64,000 nucleotides of DNA from an uncultured Acidobacteriaceae bacterium. GTDB lineage: Bacteria > Acidobacteriota > Terriglobia > Terriglobales > Acidobacteriaceae. The notes beneath the pieces are model-generated. The model did not search any database. It saw only the letters and a program-made list of their open reading frames with translations, and had not been told where the DNA came from. The stretch is from the NCBI GenBank assembly GCA_937879855.1, contig CALFMO010000063.1, forward strand, positions 13,996 through 77,995. Reading direction: 5' to 3'. The stretch's first letter is position 1, and every line of letters starts with the position of its first letter. Below, one piece after another: positions 56,395-63,145 of the stretch. The position numbers and the translations under genes are program-made.

Positions 56395-57576
56395 ATGTGG
56401 CGCCGCCGCCCGCTCAAGCCGCAATACGACGTCGTTATTGTGGGCGCCGGCATCCATGGCCTGGCCATCGCTTATTACCTCTGCAAGCGTGGTGTCACCA
56501 GCATTGCTCTCATTGAGAAGTCCTATCTTGGGGCCGGCAATAGCGGCCGTAATACAGCCATCCTTCGTTCCAATTACCGTACGCCCGAGGGCATTCCGTT
56601 TTATGACGAAAGCGTCAAGATTTGGGAGCACCTCTCGGAAGAGTTGGATTACAACCTCATGTTCTCGCAGCAGGGCCACATCACCGTCGCCCACACGTCT
56701 GCAACTCTTACCGGGCTTCGCGTTCGGGCGGATGCGAATCAAGTGCTCGGCGTGAACTCACGCCTCATTGATCCCGGAGAGATTAAGAAATTGGTGCCTT
56801 CCATTTATATCGGACCCAATGTGCGCTACCCAATCATGGGGGGGCTTTATCATCCACCCGGGGGAAACATTCGTCACGATGCAGTCGTTTGGGGCTATGC
56901 GAGGGCCGCGGACCGAATGGGCGCTGAGATTCACACGCGAACCGAAGTGACCGGAATCGATGTTGCCAATGGAGCGGTTCAAGGCGTCCGCACCACTGCG
57001 GGATTTATCAAGACGGCCACTGTAGTGAATGCGACTTCCGGCTGGTGTACTACGATCGCGCGAATGGCCGGGGTTCCGTTGCCCGTCACCTCCCACACTC
57101 TGCAGGCATGCGTCACCGAGCCGCTGAAGCCCTTCATGGACAAAGTGATCGTATCGGCGAATCTGCACGTGTATGTGAATCAGAGCGACCGCGGCGAACT
57201 CGTGCTGGGCTCGGAAATCGATCCCTACACTTCCTATAGCCAGAAAGCCACGCTGCCGACTCTGGAGATGATTGCCGGCCACACTTTGGAACTCTTTCCC
57301 TCGCTGCGCCATGTTTCCGTGATGCGGCAGTGGGGAGGAATCTGCGACATGACGCCCGATTACAGCCCCATTATGGGTGAATCGGAACTGAAAGGTTTCA
57401 TACTCGACGTGGGTTGGGGAACCTACGGTTTCAAAGCCGGACCGGTCAGCGGAGTTCGTATTGCCGAGCTGATCGCCACCGGAAAGACACCTGATCTTAT
57501 AAAGCCGTTCCTGCCCGATCGATTTGCTAAAAACCACCTCGTCGGAGAAAAAGCCGCGGCTGCTGTTTCAACCTAA
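56395..57576 (+). CDS. soxB: sarcosine oxidase beta subunit
   Basis: ATG 56395 is preceded by GGGAGAAG, 10 nt after the soxG stop. YDVVIVGAGIHGLAIAYYL and GAGNSGRNTAILRSNYRTPEGIPFY are present. The latter includes the histidine-free N-region typical of heterotetrameric SoxB. The C-terminal GWGTYGFKAGP is also present. Confidence 0.85.
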   Translation: MWRRRPLKPQYDVVIVGAGIHGLAIAYYLCKRGVTSIALIEKSYLGAGNSGRNTAILRSNYRTPEGIPFYDESVKIWEHLSEELDYNLMFSQQGHITVAHTSATLTGLRVRADANQVLGVNSRLIDPGEIKKLVPSIYIGPNVRYPIMGGLYHPPGGNIRHDAVVWGYARAADRMGAEIHTRTEVTGIDVANGAVQGVRTTAGFIKTATVVNATSGWCTTIARMAGVPLPVTSHTLQACVTEPLKPFMDKVIVSANLHVYVNQSDRGELVLGSEIDPYTSYSQKATLPTLEMIAGHTLELFPSLRHVSVMRQWGGICDMTPDYSPIMGESELKGFILDVGWGTYGFKAGPVSGVRIAELIATGKTPDLIKPFLPDRFAKNHLVGEKAAAAVST

Positions 57577-57723
57577 GGGCGCCTGAGGCATCTGTTCCAA
57601 CGTCCCGAAAGTTCATTGCCGAAGATTAAGGAGCATTTCTGATGTTGGTCCGCACTGCTGAAATCTTTAGTGGTTGTTGTTGACGTCCGGCAGTGCCATG
57701 CAGAAGGGAAAGGGACAAGTTTC

Positions 57724-59634
57724 ATGGGAAACGGTCAATTCAGCCGGCGTGATTTCATTCAGAAGGCAACCGCGGCAGCGCTAGCCGCCACTTCAGTCCC
57801 ACTTTCGGCACAGCCTCTTCCGACTGCGCCTCCGCCCGCGGACGCCGGCGAAACGTCTACGTCCGAGCCGGCAAAGTGGCAGGCAATGCTTTCGAAGCCG
57901 GAACATGAAATTCGCACCTTGATTGACGTGAAGGTTCCCATGCGGGACGGGATCAAACTCTCCGTCAATGTATTTCTGCCAACAAAAGAAGGGCGCTGGC
58001 CGGTAATTCTGGAACGCAGTCCCTATGGCGCCAAGAATACCGATTGGTACGTGAATCGGGCCATCTACTACGCGCGCCGCGGATATGTCTACGTTTTGCA
58101 GGATGTGCGTGGCCGCTACGATTCGGAGGGGACATTCCACCCGTGGGATCAGGAAATCGATGACGGCCGTGATTCTCTGGACTGGTGCGGCACTCAATCC
58201 TGGTCGACCGGCAGTGTCGGCATGATGGGCATGTCCTATATGGGCCTGGTTCAATGGCTCGCCGCTCCCACTGGATCGCCATACCTGAAGACGATTATTC
58301 CTCACGCCTGCGCCGCTGACTATTTCATGTACGGAATGAATTACACCGGCGGCGCATTTATGCATTACATCAACCTGCCATGGGGAATGGGCAACAGTGC
58401 TCACTCCCGGCAAAGCGCACTCCCCTATGATTGGGAAAAAGCTCTGCGATTACTGCCGATTTTGACGGCGGACGAGGTGCTTACCGGGCGGGCGGTTGAT
58501 TTTTATCACGAGTGGGTGTTGCACTCCAGCTATGACGATTACTGGAAGAAAGTCAGCAATTTCGGGAAATATCAGAAGATGGATATTCCTATTCTGCAAA
58601 TTTGCGGTTGGCTCGATCCTCATGTTCGCTCTCTGATTGCCAACTATGAGGGTATCCAGAAGAACGGAACGCCGCGCGCGATTCGCGAGCAGAAAGTGAT
58701 CATTGGCCCATGGATTCACACTGACAAACCGGTGCAATCGTATGGCGATCTAGACTTCGGGTCCGACTCCACGATCGATATGTACGAGATTTTCTTGCGT
58801 TGGTGCGATCATTGGCTGAAAGGGATCGACAATGGCGTCGAAAAAGAACCGCCGTTGCGACTATTTACCATGGGATCCAATAAGTGGAGGACATCGGAGA
58901 AATGGCCGCTCCCGGAAACTGTGTGGATGAAGTACTACCTGCACAGCAGCGGGAAAGCAAACAGTTTCTACGGTGACGGGAGATTAAGCCAAACAATTCC
59001 CGCCGACAATCAGCCGGCCGATCATTATGTATACGATCCTGCTGACCCGGTTTTGACGCTGGGGTCTGATGCCAATGGGCAAATTTTGCCGCTGGACAAT
59101 CGGCCGGTTGAAAGAAGAGATGATGTCCTCGTCTACACGACAGACACGCTGAGCGAAGATCTCGAGGTGACGGGTCCGACGCAGGCGCACATTTACGCCA
59201 GCACTTCTGCAACCGACACCGATTTCACGGTGAAGCTTCTCGATGTGTATCCGGAAGGCAAGGCCATCAATGTGTTTGAAGGGATCATTCGGGGGCGCCT
59301 CCACGATCCTGGCGCAATTCGTACAGGGTTGCCGGCCCCGGGCCAATATGAGCATCCGAAATTGCTTGAACCAGGCAAGGTCTACGAATTCATCGTGGAA
59401 GTGGGGGTTACCAGTACCGTATTTCTAAAAGGACACCGGCTTCGCATTGAGGTATCCAGTAGCAACTTCCCCCACTATGACAGAAATTTAAATAACGGCG
59501 GGCAGCTGGGAGTGGATCCACGGATCGTGGTAGCAAAACAGACGGTCTATCACAACACTCGGTATCCGTCGTATCTTGAGCTGCCGGTGATTCCGGGGAA
59601 GGGCAGCCGATCCTCGCGAAGCAATGAGGGTTAG
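57724..59634 (+). CDS. Tat-signal CocE/NonD family hydrolase, paralog 3 (more divergent)
   Basis: The twin-arginine signal is MGNGQFSRRDFIQKATAAALAATSV. The nucleophile elbow is GMSYMG. The C-terminus is HRLRIEVSSSNFPHYDRNLNNG. Confidence 0.85.
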   Translation: MGNGQFSRRDFIQKATAAALAATSVPLSAQPLPTAPPPADAGETSTSEPAKWQAMLSKPEHEIRTLIDVKVPMRDGIKLSVNVFLPTKEGRWPVILERSPYGAKNTDWYVNRAIYYARRGYVYVLQDVRGRYDSEGTFHPWDQEIDDGRDSLDWCGTQSWSTGSVGMMGMSYMGLVQWLAAPTGSPYLKTIIPHACAADYFMYGMNYTGGAFMHYINLPWGMGNSAHSRQSALPYDWEKALRLLPILTADEVLTGRAVDFYHEWVLHSSYDDYWKKVSNFGKYQKMDIPILQICGWLDPHVRSLIANYEGIQKNGTPRAIREQKVIIGPWIHTDKPVQSYGDLDFGSDSTIDMYEIFLRWCDHWLKGIDNGVEKEPPLRLFTMGSNKWRTSEKWPLPETVWMKYYLHSSGKANSFYGDGRLSQTIPADNQPADHYVYDPADPVLTLGSDANGQILPLDNRPVERRDDVLVYTTDTLSEDLEVTGPTQAHIYASTSATDTDFTVKLLDVYPEGKAINVFEGIIRGRLHDPGAIRTGLPAPGQYEHPKLLEPGKVYEFIVEVGVTSTVFLKGHRLRIEVSSSNFPHYDRNLNNGGQLGVDPRIVVAKQTVYHNTRYPSYLELPVIPGKGSRSSRSNEG

Positions 59635-59681
59635 GCGTGCCGCTTCCGCGATCGGCCGCGGAGGGTGGTACTCGCCGAAAC

Positions 59682-60149
59682 TTATTTCTGTGGCACGAGA
59701 GTGTCCTGAGAGTTCACCGCTTGCCACCGCCCATGACGCTTCACGAAGACATCGGTCCAGACATAGTGACCACTGGTGTTGTTCGCTATGTTTGAACTCT
59801 TCTGCTCCGCGCTACCGGTCACGACAGCAGTGTCTCCGAACACACGGACCTTCACGTCGGAGAGAGTTTCAAATTCGAGGCCGCCGCCTCCCGACTTGAG
59901 GTCAGATAGATGCTGGGCTTTGGTCTCTACACCGGTCGCGCCTAGATAAGTCCAATCGTCCGCCAGTATGCGATCCAAAACCTTTGTGTCCTTGCCATTG
60001 TCTGCCTTCGCCCATTCGTTTTCGAGATTTACAAACATTTGCTGAAGGCTGGCTGCGTTGGCTTTTGATTTTGGCTGTGTATTTGGCTCCTGGCACAGGG
60101 CGAGCGGCACAACAACGATCAGGACCGTAATTGCCAAGCTTCGTTGCAT
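59682..60149 (-). CDS. secreted DUF4440/SnoaL-like (NTF2-fold) protein, paralog of 62473..62922
   Basis: ATG 60149 is preceded by AGAGGTGGA. The signal peptide is MQRSLAITVLIVVVPLALCQ. It shares long identical stretches with the other copy: ADDWTYLG, ETKAQHL and TAVVTG...WTDVFVKR.G.W.AVNSQDT. Confidence 0.75.
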   Translation of the reverse strand: MQRSLAITVLIVVVPLALCQEPNTQPKSKANAASLQQMFVNLENEWAKADNGKDTKVLDRILADDWTYLGATGVETKAQHLSDLKSGGGGLEFETLSDVKVRVFGDTAVVTGSAEQKSSNIANNTSGHYVWTDVFVKRHGRWQAVNSQDTLVPQK

Positions 60150-60195
60150 GGGATCCACCTCTTTGAACTTGTCGATGTGGCGAAAAAGATTGACA

Positions 60196-60248
60196 TGAAA
60201 CATACTGTTTCACGGATGGACAATAAAAGCACCTGCGTATATTGTCAA
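60196..60248 (-). promoter_or_regulatory. sigma70-like promoter with GAAAC/GTTTC element site e just downstream of -10
   Basis: On the minus strand, TTGACA (60248-60243) is followed by a 17-nt spacer and TATTGT (60225-60220). After 7 nt comes the palindrome TGAAAC-agtat-GTTTCA (plus-strand TGAAACATACTGTTTCA, 60196-60212). It lies 47 nt upstream of the DUF4440 start. Confidence 0.55.
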
Positions 60249-60302
60249 CACTTGAGTTTCAAGAGAAGCTGCTGTGACGAATCGAGTCCAGCAGAAAACG
60301 GG

Positions 60303-61227
60303 GTGACGGAGAATCTTTTCAAGGTCTTTCTCAATGGAAATATGGTCGCGCGGAACGAAGCATGGGTGAGCATTGATAGTGTCGCAGTCGAATATGCGGC
60401 CATGGTGTTCGAAGGGATTCGAGGATACTGGAACGAACGCGAGTGTCAGCTCTATGTCTTTCGGCTCGCGGATCACGCCCAACGATTGAAAGAATCCGTC
60501 ATACTGATTGGGGATGGAAACTGAGCTCGGCGCAGCCGACTTTTCTCGGACGGTGTTGCAAGCAATCGAGGCGAACGGCGTAAGCCAGCATGTCCACATC
60601 CGGCAATTAGTGTAGGTCGATGCCGGCGGCGAGATGTTTACCCAAGGACCGGTTGGCGATGCCGTAGTGGTGACCCCAAAGTCGGGGTGGTTTGCCGGCG
60701 GTCATGAAGGAGCCATGCGGGCGTAAGCAGCGGCAGCGAATCAGCGACAACTCAAGTCCTCCCCGTATCAAATGCGCGGCGAATTCCCAAAATGGACGTT
60801 TGGCTTCTGCTTCAGGCGAAGACGGATGGGTGCGCCTTAAATCCTGGATCAGGAGGTCACGCAGAAGAAGGCCCATGTTCTCCGAAATCCAAGGATATTA
60901 GGGAGCGGAGTGTTTCCATAGGTGATGGTGAGCATCGATCTTGGCGTAAGGCATTCGAGGTCCTTAATTGTTTTCCAGTCGGCCAACGATTCAAGTTTGA
61001 TCTGTTATTCCAGCCACCACGCTCTGGAGTCTTGGCGTTTGCCGTGCCTGAACCATAATCGATCCATCGAATCCTGTTCGCTTGAGTTCGGGTCCAAGAT
61101 GCCCCCGCAGAAATTCCCGGCGAAAGCACGACATCGAATCATCGATCCAGATAAATTCGTCTGGTGTATAACGCCAGAAATGCTGGTGAGCCTCGATGCG
61201 CGTGAGCGCGGTTCACACTGTCTTTGA
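60303..61227 (+). pseudogene. ilvE: decayed branched-chain amino acid aminotransferase gene
   Basis: The N-terminal part is intact-looking (FLNGNMVARNEAWVSIDSVAVEYAAMVFEGIRGYW...FRLADHAQRLKES). A +1 frame change follows near 60510. After that, a single frame carries recognisable remnants (HIRQLV*VDAGGEM vs the YIRPLIFVG pattern; VVVTPKSGWFAG). That frame has four in-frame stops: TAG 60613, TAA 60724, TAA 60838 and TAG 60919. The catalytic-lysine region is not conserved. Confidence 0.7.
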
Positions 61228-62091
61228 ATAGCGCTGCTCTGAGAAGTTCGCGACGCGTTGCCGCGATTCGCCAAGCCCTTCAATCCCCAACTCGACAACA
61301 TCTCCAGATTTGAGATACTGCGGCGGCTTCATTCCGAGCCCAACCCCGGCGGGCGTGCCGGTGCTGATGACGTCTCCGGGAAGCAACGTCATGAATTCGC
61401 TCACGTACGACAGGAGTGTCGCAACTTCGAAAATCATATTGGCCGTGGAACTGTTTTGGCGAATCTCCCCGTTAACTTTAAGCCACATTTCTAGATTGCT
61501 CGGATCACGAAGCTCGTCCGGAGAGGCAAGAAACGGACCCACGGGCGCGAAAGTATCCGCGCTCTTGCCTTTCACCCACTGACCTCCGCGCTCGAGCTGA
61601 AAACTGCGTTCAGAATAGTCGTTGTGCAGGACGTATCCAGCCACGTAGTCGAGCGCCTTTTCTGTCGGGACATAGAGCGCAGCCTTGCCCACCACTAGCG
61701 CAAGTTCGACTTCCCAGTCCACCTTGCTACCATTCCTCGGAATCACCACGTCATCATTAGGTCCGACTAAGGAGGTTGTCGCTTTAAAAAAGATGACCGG
61801 TTCCTTCGGAATCGCGGCCCCGGTCTCTGCCGCATGATCACGATAGTTGAGCCCGATACAAACGATCTTGCTGGGACGACAAATCGGCGGCCCCAAACGT
61901 ATTGGGGATGTGACGCGCGGAGCCGAAGAGAAGTGGGTCTTCAGCCAGCCGCGAAGAGCATCCATGCCACCTCGCGCGAAGAATATCTCGTCATAGTCCG
62001 ACACGAAATCTGAGACATCCAGACGGGAGCCGTCGTCGAGAAGGACCCCCGGCCGCTCTCTGCCAGCTTCGCCGAATCGAATGAGCTTCAA
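61213..62091 (-). CDS. fumarylacetoacetate hydrolase (FAH) family protein
   Basis: The product is 292 aa. KIVCIGLNYRDHAAE, FFKATTSLVGPNDDVVIP, DWEVELALVVGK and LPGDVISTGTPAGVG are typical FAH-family motifs. Confidence 0.85.
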   Translation of the reverse strand: MKLIRFGEAGRERPGVLLDDGSRLDVSDFVSDYDEIFFARGGMDALRGWLKTHFSSAPRVTSPIRLGPPICRPSKIVCIGLNYRDHAAETGAAIPKEPVIFFKATTSLVGPNDDVVIPRNGSKVDWEVELALVVGKAALYVPTEKALDYVAGYVLHNDYSERSFQLERGGQWVKGKSADTFAPVGPFLASPDELRDPSNLEMWLKVNGEIRQNSSTANMIFEVATLLSYVSEFMTLLPGDVISTGTPAGVGLGMKPPQYLKSGDVVELGIEGLGESRQRVANFSEQRYSKTV

Positions 62092-62139
62092 TGTTTTACT
62101 CTCGCAATGCGAGCTTAATGTGCATCGCCAGCTAAGGTT

Positions 62140-62473
62140 CTAGCTCAAAAACATGTTCCATCGCAGCCATTTGTCGTCAGGCTTTGATTCCGGCAACGCT
62201 CGCTGAAATCTCCACATGAGCTGCTCCCAAGCCTGCACTCTCGATTCTGCTGATCGGCCTTCGCTTTCTTCTCAAACGAAAGTCTCTCATTTACTTCCAT
62301 AATCATGAACATGCGCGTGCCGAGCAGGTAAATGTCGAGATTCTCGATACCGGACTCCTTTAAGCCTTGCATGATCTCGAGCCAGATCTTCTCGTGAGGC
62401 GGAAACCGAGAAATCGACGAATCGCTTCGCCACGCCTGCGTGCCTCGACGCGGAAAGCATCAGCAGAGAACAT
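62140..62473 (-). pseudogene. rhaM: decayed L-rhamnose mutarotase-like gene
   Basis: Hand translation gives RhaM-like pieces in three frames. These are MFSADAFRVEA..., then PPHEKIWLEIMQGLKESGIENLDIYLLGTRMFMIMEV, then VQAWEQLMWRFQRALPESKPDDKWLRWNMFLS*. The total of 334 nt is not a multiple of 3. Its ATG shares one base with the stop of the upstream DUF4440 gene (TGATG). Confidence 0.6.
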
Positions 62474-62922
62474 CACTGATGAGTCAGCGGTGTGTCCTGG
62501 GAATTTACCGCCAGCCAATGTCCCTGACGTTTCACGAACACATCTGTCCACAAATAGTCTCCGCTGGTATCTTTACCGCTATTACTGCTCTTTTCGTGTT
62601 CGCGTCCAGTGACGACGGCGGTGTTTCCGAACAGTCGAACCTTCATGTCCATTAGGGTGATGGATTCGAGCTTGTCCTGCCCCGTTTTGAGTCCAGCCAG
62701 GTGCTGAGCTTTCGTTTCAAGTCCAACAGGGCCCAAATACGTCCAATCGTCGGCAAGCAATTTTCCCAGGGCGACTGCGTCCTTATTCTTGTCCGCCTCC
62801 GCCCACCGGTTCTCGATTTGTCTAAACATCTCCGTCACGCTGGCGTCTGCCTGGCTGGTTTGGCCCACAGCCCACGATACAGAGGCCGTAAAGAACAACA
62901 TAATCGCTATGCTTCGTTTCAT
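62473..62922 (-). CDS. secreted DUF4440/SnoaL-like (NTF2-fold) protein, paralog of 59682..60149
   Basis: ATG 62922 is preceded by GGGAGGG. The signal peptide is MKRSIAIMLFFTASVSWAVGQ. It is clearly homologous along its full length to the 59682..60149 product. Confidence 0.75.
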   Translation of the reverse strand: MKRSIAIMLFFTASVSWAVGQTSQADASVTEMFRQIENRWAEADKNKDAVALGKLLADDWTYLGPVGLETKAQHLAGLKTGQDKLESITLMDMKVRLFGNTAVVTGREHEKSSNSGKDTSGDYLWTDVFVKRQGHWLAVNSQDTPLTHQ

Positions 62923-63069
62923 GCGGTTTACCCTCCCTAATTCTGCCCAGCCGCCCGCTAAGGCCCCGAAAGCCTGCAAGAAAGAGATATGCCCCGCGAG
63001 CCAACCGGAAGCGAGCAGAAAGTCTGCCCGGACGATAGTTAACTGTCAAGCGAAAAAGCGGGACATATC

Positions 63070-63130
63070 ATTTCATTAATGAAACGCATCAAACTTCTCG
63101 CTTGACATGAATTCAAGCCGTTCGTAGTAT
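63070..63130 (+). promoter_or_regulatory. GAAAC/GTTTC element site f plus sigma70-like promoter of the cytochrome c gene
   Basis: ATTTCA-ttaa-TGAAAC lies at 63070-63085. After 16 nt come TTGACA (63102-63107), a 17-nt spacer and TAGTAT (63125-63130). On the opposite strand another TTGACA (plus-strand tgtcaa near 63045) lies 20 nt from the palindrome. The site therefore sits centrally in a divergent promoter region. Confidence 0.5.
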
Positions 63131-63145
63131 GCGCTGAACCTCGAT

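Noticed and set aside
56758-57537. 259-aa ORF on the minus strand
   Set aside because: It is antisense to soxB, which has strong family motifs. There are no motifs of its own and its composition is that of a shadow ORF.
57719-57732. GTTTC-atgg-GAAAC around the start codon of the third CocE/NonD gene
   Set aside because: It uses the same half-sites as the recurrent element, but the spacer is 4 nt instead of the 6 nt of GTTTC-N6-GAAAC, and it overlaps the ATG. It is too short and differently spaced to count as a site without statistical support.
57793-58413. 206-aa ORF on the minus strand
   Set aside because: It is antisense to the third CocE/NonD gene. It is an Arg/Gly/His-rich shadow ORF.
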